Part shown: positions 13,104-27,318 of the stretch, in pieces
Position numbering within the stretch: the first letter of the stretch is position 1
How the letters are laid out: the number at the start of each line of letters is the position of its first letter
Assembly (NCBI GenBank): GCA_010405405.1
Contig: MU004243.1
Coordinates: 925,340 to 989,339 of the forward strand
DNA: 64,000 bases
Direction: 5' to 3'
From: Microthyrium microscopicum
Taxonomy: Eukaryota
Position numbers and translations under genes: made by a program
The notes under the pieces: model-generated
Database searches by the model: none
What the model saw: only the letters and a program-made list of their open reading frames with translations
What the model was told of the DNA's origin: nothing

Positions 13104-15322
13104 TTAGGGCGCAACGGGAGCACCACTCGACGAAGCTCCGTTATTATGGTTGGCCTTGTGCCTCTTTTCAATCTCAATCTCATCATCGGCGCTTTCGTGA
13201 GCTTCGTGAGATTTCTCATTCTCATAGTCGTGGTTTGGTGGGTGTCCTTCTAGTTGCGTCGCATCCAATGCGTACTCCTCATCAATGGTAAGGTTGAGAA
13301 TCATGGCCAAGATTGCGGATACAGCGAAACCAGTCTCCATGACCAATACGATGGCGTCGTAGAATCCGCGGAGCGCGTGGTTGTCACCTTCGTAGGTAAA
13401 GACGAAGGAAAACCAGTTTGGAACGAGTATGGCACCGAATCCAACAGACAGAGCAGCGGTGAGGATGAAGCGGTTACGGCGAGAGAAGCCAGCGCGTGAG
13501 ATGATAGCCATACCGGCTACGGCAACGGCGCAGAAGAGGAAGGTTGTCATGCCTCCGAGAACTGGCGCTGGGATGGCCACGAGGGCAGCTGCAAACTTTG
13601 AGAAGATTCCCATGACAACGAGGAAGAAACTACCCTTGGTGAGTAATGGTCAACTGTCAAGTGGAGAGCAACATACCAGCAGAAGTAACCTGCCTTACGA
13701 TTCGCACACCTAGTGAGGGCTATCACGCCATTGTTCTGGGCAAAGGTAGACATGGGAGTGATGGTACACAGTCCTGCCAGCATACCATTGAGCCCATCGG
13801 CAAGAATTCCACCTTGGATTCTAGATTCGAAGAGCGGGCCTTCCACCTCAAGATTGGATACATCTGAAGTGGCTGTAATATCTCCTATGGCTTCGCAAGC
13901 GCAGATGACTGGAATTGTTAGTAGAAAGTTAGGACAAAAGCTAGGTTGTTCTCGAATGGGAACATTCTTACCGTATAAAATCATCATAGGCAGGACTATG
14001 GGCCCGTAGACACTCAATGGGAAAGTGTGCACCCAAATGAACGAGGCAGCAGGAGCGCTATCAATTCCTGAGGAATCAAAGTAGCCAGTTGCTCCAGCAA
14101 TTATGCAACCAACAAGTAGTCCGCCAATAACACTAGCAGATTTCATGATAGGAGAACCGAATCGCTCAAAGAGAAGGATGGTGACGAAAACCGAGAATCC
14201 AAGACCTATAAATGTAAATCAGACAGAGTAGATAGCACATGGTTGTGAGAAATACCAATGTATTGAGCAGATCCCCAAGGAAGCGCATGAGGAGCTGTAA
14301 TATCAGGACATTTGGCAAAGAACGCAGTTGGATTGGCGGCGGCGCAGAGACCTGAGCCTCCAGCCCAGCCCTTGAAGCCAGAGGATCCAATGAGATCGAC
14401 GCCGATCAGTAGCACAGTTGGTCCAGTGACGATTGGCGGGAAGACTTTCTTTAGGACGCGAGGAGGTAGGAAAGAGAGTGCGATTTCGACTAGTGAGCAT
14501 AGTGCTGCTGTTCCAATCAACGCACCGTATGCTTTGGGACAAGCGAGTAAGTTCCCTTGAGCATCTTTCGGGCAGTAGCCATTGGCGTACATCTGAGTAA
14601 CTTGGATCGGTCAGTTTCTGTCTCATGTCGTTATGGTATATTTACTCACATGCTCCAGATGCAACAGGAATGATAGCAAAGGATGTTCCAACAACCGAGA
14701 TCAGACCCGTTCCAATGCTTAGAGAAGGTTAGATTTGAAGGCTCATAACGCATCTGATTATACATACTAATACGGTGTTTTGTAGATGTGAAATCGAGTG
14801 ATTTGAATGGAACTCAAAAGTCCACAAACAATCAATGATGTTGAAACCAAGTACTGCTGAAGTTCTGGTGCCAGATTGACACCACCGGCACCAGAAAGAA
14901 TCAAAGAGGGAGTGATGACACCCGCCAACATAGCCAGAGTATGCTGTAGACCTAGGATAGCGGCGAGAAAGATGGGCATCTTATCATTGAGGCCAAAGAA
15001 AGGGGGATTAATGTTCTTCTTGCCCATGAATGGGAGGTTGGGGGTGAAGCTGGAAGTACGTTAGTATACTGGCTGAATAGATGCACAACACCCCTTTGGG
15101 GTTCCAAAATGCTGTTCTATGGTTTCTCGCCGCTCGGTAGAATAGCATAACAAGGGATTTTGAGGAGGAGTAAGGATCGAAAACCTACAGATATGCATAA
15201 TCATAATCACCTATCAAACCATCTTTGGTAAACCATTGATGCTTGAAAGATCTCATGTAATAGGAGAAGTTCTTCTTTGGATGAGTATCCGGTCCAATGA
15301 CATCTGGGTCCAGTTGTGCCAT
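13104..15322 (-). CDS. Xanthine/uric acid permease, NCS2/NAT family (UapA/UapC-like)
   Basis: LQHTLAM in TM1, NAT signature FAQNNGVIALTRCANR, and PVLGGM. Multi-exon; first exon MAQLDPDV...GLIGDYDY. Confidence 0.92.
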
Positions 15323-15580
15323 ACTGAAACTTGAGATGGTAAAGCGATCTTATCGATGGGTTGTTGCAGGTACGATATGCTGGGGGAGGTAGGAGGATCA
15401 ATGTTTTGGCGGCGGTATCACGACTTGCGGTTGAATCTGTCGGTACCAAAGAAAGCACGCGACACTGGGGAAAAGCTCAAGCTCATCGGAAAATATGCGC
15501 GAGCTGATCCTCTTTATGTGTTAAGCTTACCAGATTATTCCGAGGAGGCGGCATCGTCACTTTGCATCGAGAGCGATATG

Positions 15581-15594
15581 TCGGGCCTGTCCGA
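15581..15594. promoter_or_regulatory. UaY-type Zn2Cys6 binding site (TCGG-N6-CCGA)
   Basis: TCGG-GCCTGT-CCGA lies ~260 bp upstream of the purine permease ATG. A GATA (AreA-type) TGATAAG sits at 15659-15665. Confidence 0.7.
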
Positions 15595-16761
15595 TGATTT
15601 GGTGGCTTGGAACTTCATGCCTCCAAATATCGTCCCATGTCGATTATTTCTTGGGACATGATAAGGGACAAGCATGCTCAAGCGAGCTTGTATGGCTTGG
15701 AGATGCAGATGGATGGATTTGGTTCGACGGTGCTCGCTCTAACAACGCGCGCGTAGTGATGCAACACACCCCCACAGACGGATCCACGAGTGAAGGTCAT
15801 GTTTCTGGCATAACCGTCGCATCTTGAATCGCGATAGATCTTCAAGGAGCTCCAAGAGGAGACCTGCTTTGGCCAGGATCTTCAAAAATGATCCAAACTC
15901 TAAAGAATTTCCAGCATATCGGGTCCAGACCCCGCGCAGCACATCGCGATGCTGCATGTTGCTCCAATATTTGCTTTTGCGAAGCTCTGCGAACCACGTG
16001 AAGAGGAGTAGAGAAGATGGAGACAGAGATAATGACAAGGGCTCTGATTTGTTCATGGAGACACGGCGTAGACTCCCGAGGCACACTAAAACCTGCACTT
16101 GGACGGTCCCCTCCGGAATGTGGAAAGTTTGGATCCACTCATCTATCTATCCAATTGAGATGTCAATCGTATCGAGTCACATCAGTGGGATTGACGTGGT
16201 TTAAAGCAGCGGAAGGCACCGCCTGCCAAGGACATAATTCTTGGGCATAAGTCTGGGCCACTTTTATATACTGAGGCGAACGAATTTGCCATCATACATT
16301 GCAATGTCTCGACATTCTTACCTTTTCATTGATTCGAGTGAAAGAAGTTCAAAGGAAACGGCGCAAGCCGAGCCATTTTGCTGATACATGCCATACGCGG
16401 CTCTTCCTTCAAGCCACTATTTCCGGTGACAATATCACTCCAAAGTGGCGAGCTTCCAGTCTGCAGGAAACCGAGAAGAGAATTGCAACTCATTTTGCAT
16501 CTTGGATGCTACATTCGCCTTCCGGCTGGCGGTTGCTTTCATTTGGGTTTTTGCAACCTGATCCGGGTACTGTCAACCCGTAGACTTTGATGGCTCCCAC
16601 ACATCACGTTCTAGTATCGAGTACTTAATTTACTATATAGGGTGTTGAGACTTAGATATACTATTGAATGCAATAGGAAGTGAACAGAAATATCATCGGG
16701 CATTCCATCCAATGCGTCCACAAGCAACCGGACCACAATTACTTTACGCCACATTCTGAAA

Positions 16762-17004
16762 CTACGGCTGTTCTTGATCCAGAGTGCAATACCGTACCAG
16801 CAAACTCCCCGTTATGACACAAGCATCCAAGCAGCTCAGCAAGCCGAGAAATACGAGCAGCAGAACATAAGTCATATGGTTTGATGAGGTTTGAGGATTT
16901 TGTTGCACTGTAGGACTCGCTATACTGGTAGATGGACTAGGCGCATCGCTACTGCCGGTCGGTAGCCTTGGAGAATCTGGACGAGAAGTTGAAGTCGTTG
17001 TCAT
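16762..17004 (-). CDS. Possible small Ser/Thr/Pro-rich protein with hydrophobic C-terminal segment
   Basis: MTTTSTSRPDSP... followed by YVLLLVFLGLLSCLDACVITG. No family recognised. Confidence 0.2.
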   Translation of the reverse strand: MTTTSTSRPDSPRLPTGSSDAPSPSTSIASPTVQQNPQTSSNHMTYVLLLVFLGLLSCLDACVITGSLLVRYCTLDQEQP

Positions 17005-18116
17005 TGACTCCTTTCCAGAAGAAGCGAAGGGATGAAGGTTCAACACCTAGCCATGATTGATATCAGAACATAGCAGTCGCCTGTTGTTTAGGCTTGATCA
17101 GACACTAGTACTGTACCGGTACGTTACACCTGGCATGCACACAGCCCAACCACACAAACTTCTACAGGATGGGAAGCGCATACATTAACGATACAATACG
17201 TATTGACCTAGATTGATTTAGGTTGATACGACTTATGATTATCGCGTCGTAAGTGAGCGGCTGATTGTTGGCTCATGAAGGTATACCTTTGCGCCAACAT
17301 CGCAGGGCGGGTTCAACGTTTGTCTGCTGGATAATGAGACAAGTATCGGGAGATGGATAGAGACGACTGTCAAATACAACATCGGTCTTCTCGTATTAGC
17401 GAGGACTTGGCAATCTGATGAACATCGTTGAGAAAAGGAGTGTCGCTGCTGTTTAGCATCGACAAATGGATGTTCAAATCGGCAGCAACAACACGTGCAT
17501 ACTGTAGCGCGTTCTTTATGTAAAGTCCGATCGGCCCGAATTCTCCGGAATCCTTCGCGTTTAATTGGCTTAGTGTTTTATGACTGCATTAATCGCGGCT
17601 GCATCCTTCAACAACTGAATTGTTGTACTTCAACGGTCCGCTGTAGGCAAGGGACTAAGAGGATCACTCACTCCATTACTTCTCCTGCGGTCCTTTGCTA
17701 ATGCTCCCATCTTTGATGTTGAAAAGAAGAGAAGCAGTGAGACGTATCGCTTGCTATTTGCTTGAAATTGCTACCGAGCCGAGTACAACGTCAAAGTACC
17801 TGGAGGCTGGCGGGTGCTGTAGAAGGATCAACTGCAGGAATCTGCCTGCATCGTACCTTTGAAAGTTTGCTGAGGCGTTTGGCGGTGACCGTTTCACTCC
17901 TTTAAATCTCCTTCTCGCCCATAGCTTTCTGTCATTGTTGCGAATTATGGCTTTCTCTACTACCAAACAACAAATCCTCATCAATTCGCCACTTTTGTAT
18001 GTACCCTCTGAATCGGAGTTGACCAACAATCACTCCACAAACACAGGTTGTCCTATAATTTGGGTAGGTTGCATCTTATGTTTAGATGCCCGCTGAGCCT
18101 CACAATTTTCATTTAG

Positions 18117-21100
18117 GACTCTACCAATGCCAAATTCACAGAATGTTCTCTTCCATACCTTGCCATTGGACCAGCCGCAATCGTCCTCCTTCTGGTGATC
18201 GGATTTGTCATTTCGCCTTATATCCAATCTTTTCGGCCATCATGGCTCAAACCTTTTATTGAAGAATATCCCGAGAAGGACGAAACTGGAGCTTCAAAAC
18301 ACAAGTCTACTCTGGGTTGGACTATCGGATTAGCTCTACTGGGCCTTTCTGGGGCAATTGCTCAAATCGTTCTCATAGTCCTGTCTCCTGCCCAGCTCCC
18401 ATCAATCATTCAATTGGCTTCATGGGTAAGCAGTTCGACACATGTATATTGAACAAGCTAACCATCCGAGTAGACTCTGATATCGCTCTTGATTGTTTGC
18501 TATCGACCAAGAACATGTCCGACCAGCTGGTTCGCTTTCTATGCAACATCTCTGGTATTAGATGCATTTTCTTTGGTGGCAGACACCAAGAGATCCCATT
18601 GGATAACTAATTTTCATTATTTCTCAGCATTTGCTTCAGTCTTGTCCATGATTGTAATCCTGCAAATGCCATTTAGGCCAGGCTCACTTTCAACACAAGG
18701 AATTAGCTCTGTTGGATCTACGCCAACTATAGACGATCGCAGCCCAGAGGACAACCTCCGGTTGTGGCAATTTCTCACCGTTTCGTGGATGTGGCCAATG
18801 ATCTCTATTGGAAAAAAGCGAACTCTTGACGAAGCTGATGTCTGGACTCTGGGATTCCAATTTCAACACCAACGGCTTCATGATCGTTTCCGCCGAATCA
18901 AGGGATCAGTCCTCGGACGTGTAGTTAAAGCCAATGCCACTGACTTTTTTATTGTTTCGTTGACGGGAATACTGGCGCTGATTTTAGGTATGTTTCAATG
19001 CTATTCTCGTTGCAGCGTCATGCGAACTCACAATGCCTCTAGAATTATCGTTGCCAGTTCTGCTTCAACAGCTGTTACTCGCCATGGAGCACGATACTCC
19101 ATTAAAGCGGATTATATTCACATATGCACTCTTCTCACTGTTTGTTCGAGCTGCCTCGGCACAAATCTCCGTGCTGAGCACTTGGTTCGGCCGCCGGATC
19201 TACGAGCGAAGTCGTGGTGAAATGATCATGATGGTCTACGAAAAAGCACTTACTCGCAAGAACGTCGTGGAAACAAAGGCTGAAAAGCCACTCCAGGAAA
19301 CTGAGCAAAACGAAAACGGCGTCGACAAAAACAAGGACACTCCACTGCCGAAATGGAAGACATTTTTGGCTCCTGTGCTTGGATTATTTCAAAATAAACA
19401 TCTCGATGCTGAAAGCAAAGCCAAGAAGCACGCATCCACAGGCAAAGTCATGCACCTCATCCGCGGGGATGTATATGAAGTAGCTCAACGGTTCTGGGAA
19501 ATTGACGAGTTCATAAAGATCCCCGTTGGCATCGTTCTCTCAGCCGCGCTTGTTTGGAAATTCCTCGGACCATCATGTTTCCTGGGCCTCCTTGTCCTCG
19601 TCTTCTCACAAGGACTGAACTATTTCTTGATGAGAATCCTGCTTCGCTGGAGACGCTTCCGAAAAATAGCTTCGGACTCTAGACTTCAGAAGTCGGCACA
19701 GTTCATCGAGGTGATCCGGCACTTGCGATGGTACGGCTGGCAAGATCACTGGCTAGACCAAGTGCAAGAAGCTCGAGTACATGAGCTTTCAGTTCGGCTC
19801 AAGTCTACTGTAGTAAACATGATGATCGAATTTGTCAACAGTCTGGCCAGAGGGATGTTTCCTGTGGTGGCACTGTATGCTTATACAGTACTTGCGGGCC
19901 ATCAGATTTCCATTGATGTCATCTTTCCCGCGCTTCAACTCTTCCAAATGCTAGACAGTAGGCTGAGAGAAGTTCCGCAATTCATCACTACGCTTCTCAA
20001 TGCATATATTTCCGTGGAACGGATTGAAGCCTTCATGGCTGAACCAGAAAGAGAGCGCGATGAGGATATCTTCTCAGAGGACCTTACATTAAAACTTACC
20101 CATTGTGATTTTGCTTGGCCCGAACAATCGACTCCTATTCTCAAGGACCTGAATCTTACCTTTGAGAAAGGACTTACCGTCATTTGTGGGAAAGTTGGTT
20201 CTGGAAAGACTGCTCTACTTCAGTCACTCTTGGGTGAGATGGATAAACTCAATGGAGAAAAGCGGGTTCCCAGAGAGCCAATGGCATACTGTGCTCAGTC
20301 ACCGTGGCTCCAGAGTATGAGCATCCGAGACAACATCCTTTTCTTTTCGCCGTTTGACGAGGCGCGATACCGAAAGGTCCTCGATACATGCGAACTTGTA
20401 ACCGATTTTGCAAGCTTCAAAGATGGTGATCTTTCCAACATTGGCGAGAATGGAATCGGTCTTTCCGGAGGACAAAAGGCTCGAGTGGCACTTGCCAGGG
20501 CCGTCTACAACCCGGGCCAAATACTTTTATTAGACGACCCATTATCGGCATTGGATCACGACACAGCTAGTTCTATTGTGAAGAAACTGTTCTCCGGCTC
20601 TCTAATCGAGGACAGAGTTGTGATTCTGGTTACACATCGAACTGACCTTGTCAAAGAACTAGCGGACCAGATCATTGACATCTCAGATGGTCAAGCAAGT
20701 GTCATTGGTATAAAAAATCTTGATACCGCTACGAATGCCAACGCAACTACCGATAGCTCTGTCACAGAGACCGAAGTCGATGAGCCGAATACCAAAGACG
20801 GCACAGCAACACCCGATAAGTTCATGGATGATGAACATCGTGAAAAGGGCGGAGTCAAGGCTCATGTTTACTGGACGTACATCAAAGCGGGCGGGCTGCC
20901 CTTTTGGGCGCTGGCTGTTGCCCTTGCTGTGATATGGCGCTTCATCTTCATTGTCAACACTTGGTTTCTAAAATCTTGGGGAGAATCCTATGGTAAGAAG
21001 GCCGCCGTTTCCACGAGACTCTGGACTTTGGCGCATACATCTTTCAATGGAGAAGGTATTGGAATCTCGGCCACGGATTTGCACGCGACAGACTTCAAGG

Positions 21101-22641
21101 ATATCTTACCATCCCCCGAGGACAACGTCGTACCTTGGCTTTGGACCTTTGCAGCGATTGCGGTTGCTCAATCTTTCTTGTTTTTGTTGTACTGGTGTGT
21201 GGAAGTCACCATCATCCTCACAGCAGCCAAAGAACTTTTCAAGCAGGTCATGGCGCGAGTCACGTATGCCACATACAGGTTCTACGATGTAACACCTGTT
21301 GGCAGACTCATGAACAGACTAACCTCAGACATAAGTACTGTTGATGGCAAAATCACCGCCCATTTCAGTAGGGTTGCTCTGCAGTCTATCACGCTTCTAT
21401 CGACAATCGTTGTCATTGCTTCAGTGCAGCCGGTATTCTTGGTCTTTTCCGTTTGCCTCATGTCTCTATTCGTCTGGATCTTCCTACAATTCCTGCCAAC
21501 ATCACAGAGTCTGCGTCGATTAGAGACAGTCTCGCTAAGTCCTCTGTTTGCCAATTTTGGTGAGCTTCTTGTCGGACTGACCACAGTTCGGGCTTTTCAT
21601 TCTGGTGAGAGCTTTCAGCAACGAGTCATTACCGTAGTAGACAAATTTCAGGCTATGGATCACTTCTACTGGTCATTGCAAAGCTGGCTCATGTACCGCT
21701 TTGAAAATCTAGCAGCTCTTTCCACCTTTTCGCTGACAGGGTTAGCAATTTGGACAGATCTTGGTCCCGGTCTTACAGCCTTTGTGCTGTCGCAGTCCAA
21801 TCTCTTCGTGGGTTCGACACATGCGCTCTGCCGACGATATGGCGAGCTACAAATGGAGTTTGTTTCGGTGGAACGTGTAGAAGAACTGATGCATATCGAT
21901 CAGGAACCACCAGGTACCGTTGATCCACCAGCGTCTTGGCCTGCATTTGGAACAGATATTGTTCTGGACAATGTTACAGTCCGTTATGCTCAACATCTAG
22001 ATCCAGCTCTCCAAGAAATCAATCTTAGAATTCCTGGAGGCTGCACTGCCGCTATCGTTGGAAGGACCGGAAGTGGAAAGTCGACTCTTGCTCAGGCGCT
22101 CTTAGGAATTGTTCGTGCAGATGTCGGAGAAATCCTCATTGACAACATCTCAGTCAACGACGTGAACATACAGAAACTGCGCCACCGCGTCACATTCGTT
22201 GCACAAGATCCTGTACTTTTCCAAGGAACTATCAGACACAACTTGGATCCAGTATCGCAATTCAGCGATGACGAGTGCAATGCTGTGCTTAAGCGAGTTT
22301 GCCATCGACAAGAATGGACCTTGACAACACATGTCGAATCAGGCGGTCGGAACCTCAGTCAAGGTCAACGTCAGCTCATTGGAATTACTCGTGCTGTGCT
22401 ACGACGTAGCCCAATCGTCATTATGGACGAGGCTACGGCAAGCATTGATTTTGAGACAAGCATGGAAATCCAACAGGTTCTAAGAGAAGAGATGAAGGAA
22501 AGCACAGTGATTACCATTGCCCATCGTGTAGAGGCAGTGAAAGATGCGGATTTTGTAGTCATGTTGGAAGGTGGGCGTGTTGTCAAGCAAGGAAAGACAA
22601 GCGAGATAGGAGAAGCTAGCATCCAAAGCGCAATGGAGTGA
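18117..22641 (+). CDS. ABCC/MRP-type full ABC transporter (Ybt1/Bpt1-like); true start is in an unresolved upstream exon
   Basis: NBD1 has GKVGSGKT, LSGGQKAR and LLLDDP; NBD2 has GRTGSGKS, LSQGQRQL and DEATAS. Two TMDs plus an N-terminal TM extension; introns near 18426-18472 and 18988-19042. Confidence 0.92.
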
Positions 22642-22850
22642 GCTTCACTCGACAACGAATTTGCATACGGTCGACATAGCATACAGGCATACAACAAATA
22701 GCTTTTCACGGAATATCTTTTATCTAACATGTCATTCTATAATTGGATCACCAGTCATGCGGAGGCGTGCTGCAGCACCGAAACATGCCAATACGTATCC
22801 AAATCTTTGGCGCTCAATCAACATCCCCAGTAGAAATGAACTTGACGCCA

Positions 22851-25183
22851 TCATAATGTCTTTTCTGTCATATTCACTTCTTCTTTGGGCATTACACCCT
22901 CAATGCTTCGTGTCGCATCTCTTTTATAACTCTCCACCGACACGACAGGGCCCTCATAGACCTTTCGTCCCTGCACCGCGAACAACACAACGGAAACGAC
23001 CATGACGCCGACAAACATGACTGGCGACCAGTTCACGGAATCTAGCTCGACCGGCGTACCCTGAGGCCAGAAACACCAGAAGAATGCAAAGGCTGTATAG
23101 CAAAGAGACAGACCATTGACCACAATACCCCAGCGGCCAAGGCTCCATCGACAAAGTGGTAAGGTTTCTGGTAGGCATATTCTTCTCCAAAGGACACAAG
23201 AGATACTGATGATGTAAGTTGCCATAAGCGCCACGACTTGAAGCGATATTAGAGCATTAAAAGCTGCCTATATTGTGTTAGTAAAAGATTACAAAGAAGT
23301 GTCTTGATAGTCCAGAGGCGCCAACAGAATCACATCTCCTTTGGTGTATACTATCGTTTCACCCTCTGGCAACCATAGACTTTGATAGGAGGCATTACCA
23401 TGCCACCGCGGTGCCCCGGGTTTGGAGTAAGGAAACACGTACCGTCGACCCGAGAACGATCATGTTCATGAGGCACGAGAGGATCAAGGAGAGCCATATT
23501 GCATTAGTAGGAATTTGGCGCTTTACGTCCACCTTAAAGATCATTAGAAGACTGAGTGAATGTTTTAGACGTGGAGAACTCACATGGCCTATCCAGTTTG
23601 AGAAAGGCAAGCCTTTATCCCTGAGCATTGTCAGTATGAGCTTGCGACCATGTGTTATCGCGTATCATCAAAGTCATCAATATAGGTTGAAAGACATCAT
23701 GAGACGAAGTCCCATCACACTCGATTGCTATCGAGAAGTACGACAGCAGCCATGAAGTGTTTTAGGAATGGTAATCGAGAACTCGAGGGAAGTGTAACGT
23801 GTAAAATCTTACCTTGCAAACGACCAAGTTTCTCGTGAGGCACTGCTGTTGAAGGTAGTACATGACCAATAGAGTACGATAACGAGTAGTGCTGTGACAG
23901 CATTGACCCCTTTTACTGGCATAGCTTGCTGGAAGACATAGAGGAATGCAAATCCACTGGACTCGGCAACAGCGTCGTCAACACTTGGTAAAGCAAAGAG
24001 ATAGCTGACGACTAGAACCAATCCCATGAATGAGTTGATAACGAAGGAATACACCTGGTATTTGTGAGTAAAATAATATGACCCATGGCTCCCTCATAAT
24101 ATCACAGTGAGCAAGCCAATAAATGCTAAATCTTTGGACATTTGTCGAGAGGTTGATGGATATGTTTTCAATCTGTGGGAATCTTACCATGCTTTTGGGA
24201 ACAGAAACGGCTGCATCCTGGACTTCCTCTGACATATGCGCACTTGTTTCAAATTTTAGTGAATGATCTAACCAGACGGATCAAGCCTATAGAAACAGCA
24301 ATGATATATCATTACCTGCATCTCCAAACATGAGGCCAAATATGGCCGATACTTGTCCAACGCACAAAGCAAGCCCAATAGAGCTCCACCCGCCAGTATT
24401 TGAAAGTTCGACAAACACTTCCCGAGCAGATACAGTGGGCCCAAGTGCCCAAAATATTGCAATGATTACAACAAACAGTGCAACGTGAAGAAACATCATG
24501 GGATTCCCCATAGGAGCAAGTAGTGGGCCGCCATAGATGTTGAATAGATTGATGGACAGCATGACCGCAATCGCTAGCAGAAATAGCTGCCATGGGGGTG
24601 AAGCATAATTGGGATTGTTGAGAGATATCAGTGCCTGGATGATGCCGCCGATCAAAGTACCAGATGAAGCCGTTGCCGCCTGCCAGGCCATTGTAGACAA
24701 CCATCCTATCATTCCAGTCAGTGGGTGTCGTATGATCTGCTGTGTTGGCGGCTCCTACCTGACATGTAGCTGAGGAATTTTTGATACCGGACAGGGGCAA
24801 ATTCGCTGACCCAGTGATATTGGCCTCCACTCGTTGGTGCCATGGAAGACATCTCAGCCAGAGAGAATGTCACCAAAGTCATACCAGCAATGCTCCACAC
24901 TAGGCTCCAGAAAAAGCCAGCACGACCACCGTCCACGAGAGCAGTAGTGTTGGCAATGAGCAGATATTCCCAAGTCGCAGTCAATACCGTGACAAAGAAA
25001 AGTGTGGTATAATATCTGAACCGTCGTTTGAGCTCAGGAACTTTGCCCATCCTTTGCATGTCGACATCATCTTCTACTGTCGCGTCAAACGGCTCTACTC
25101 CAGATCTATGTGGCTCAGATGTGATTGTTTCTGGTGGTGCCATATCCGAGAAAACCTTCTGAGAAGGAATTGGAGTTGTCATG
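22851..25183 (-). CDS. APC-family amino acid permease (GABA/choline transporter type)
   Basis: LAEMSSMAPTSGGQYHWVSEFAP, GWLSTMAWQ, AHMSEEV and SRETWSFARDKGLPFS. Several introns, one with an anomalous acceptor (see findings). Confidence 0.87.
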
Positions 25184-27318
25184 GCGCATTGCAGAATGGC
25201 AATGAACGTCAATGAAGGTGTTTTCAAGAAATTTGACTCATTCATTGCGATTTGGGTAACAGAAGGTTTAAAGATAAGCTCCCGTAGTACTTGCATGCGT
25301 GGCGTGCGTGGGTACACGATTGCCGATCATGCCGTAACTCTGTACTATAAGATGGACCGTAATACCTCTTACAATGATACTATTGGTGATTACTATATCG
25401 GACCGCCACTGCATTGCTTTTTCAACGATACTTTCAGTTCTTAGCGTTCAGACTAAATCCTGCACTACGTAGCATAAACTCAAGTATTTCAGTCTGGATT
25501 TCCCCTTTGTGCAAGGCCAACGAGGAACCAATCAGATGAGAGATAACTCAGATCTAAGCCAGGTTAGAACTAAACCAAAGAACATCTGGGAACAGAAATC
25601 GATTCGGAATATTACAGTATTGTTGTGAACCAAATCTTGCTGCTAGCGATATATCATGACTTCGATGGCATTGTGCCAAAATTACCTAATGTAAATCGTG
25701 AAACGTGGCCATCAATTAACATCCAAGTCTGGTATACATTTTCACGTAACTGTGGAGGAGTCAATCAAGGTCTATTTTATCGTGTCTGTGACGGGTCATT
25801 GATAGGTGCAGAAGTTATTGACCTTGACAATAGATCAATAGAATGCAGAACAAAGATGAAAGTCAAAAGCGACCCAAATTGCAAATGATAGTATACAACG
25901 ACTGTCATTAACTCTCCTGTGTCGCAACTTGTTGAGAGTTTGAGGATTTCAATTTGATCGAATCTGCAAAAGTGAGATGTTAAACCATCAATGCCATTGC
26001 TTTGTCTCCTGGTGCATTTTAATGTTCGTGAAACAATCTTCTGGTGAATAACTTTACGTACATAATGTTAGCCAACATGATATAAATATGGTGCTAAGAA
26101 GTCTTTAGGATGTAGCAAAAGAAGGGATACCTGGACCAAATATCTTTACATCAATTCGCCAAGCAGAAGTTATGGTGGTGGGTTTGAATCGTCTGACCGG
26201 ATGTCTGACAGCATGATCACTGACATGTAACTGAAGAGGTTGCAGAAATTTTCGTCTTATCTTCCATCCGGTCGTAAGTCTGTGAGCTAAAGGTTTTATC
26301 GTACCGGGATATCAAAATACCAGTAATCTAGGTTTGATCCTCAATGCTATCCACGATCATGGCTAGGAGGGCTTTCGGACCTGCCTACCGTGATATGGTA
26401 TCCTCCATATGCATCAATACTTTTACTGAGCTCATTCACAAACCATAGTGTAACAACTGTCATTAAGTGGAAGCTAGTGAGGTCTGTCCTAGCAAGTTGT
26501 TGATCAGATTTTCTTCACATCCTTTCACATCCAGGAGACTTCTACCATTATTTCTCGTTGAATCTCAGAGGAATTCATTTCGTATGGTGTTGATATGCAA
26601 AACAATGATTATAATAGTCTGTGCGTTATGTCCCTGTATAAATCCAGAGTCAGGTTAACAAGGTAGTTTATTGAACCATGTTTTCGGATCCTTCGTATCC
26701 CTTGGATGATCATGGGTAAAGATTATCACTATAGACGGGTCCTTGGTATTGCGGCTTTGGTGACGAATCAGACATCAACTTCACCTGTCAGGGTCCACGA
26801 GAGACGCCGAGTGTAAGATGCGGCGTTGTACTGTCATTATAAACCTAGCATGTCGCCTAAGTGCTATATAAATCTGTAGGTGGGTTGATCTACAGCCTGG
26901 AGGTAAAGCTGAATCGCGAACCGATCAAACCCGGGACCTGATTTTCGTATAAGACTATCAAGGGTAGAGACAACAAGAGCGAGATATCATGGTACTGGGC
27001 GGCAAAGGTCTAAGAGCACCTCGTGTGCACGAGTGTGGTTCTCTCGCGGTGAAACCTTCTCCTGGATCCGCTTCCGGTACTACTAAACCGTTTCGTTCAG
27101 CACTTTTTGATTTCAAAACTATTGCTCATTGTGAATTGACATTGTTTTGTTCACATGCATACACAAAGCTACCTCAGTCGTTTCAATCTCAATATTTGTT
27201 GCTACTTCTTTCAGTTTCCTAACGAACGACTGCAATAATTTATGACCACTGCGATTTTTATCGACCATTAGCATTTGCAGACCCTGGGACTGTGAGACGA
27301 TAGTTCATTGCGAACACA

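Noticed and set aside
25450..27250. AT-rich stretch as a possible RIP-degraded transposon (also 43850-44350)
   Set aside because: No TIR, LTR, TSD or transposase remnant found by eye.
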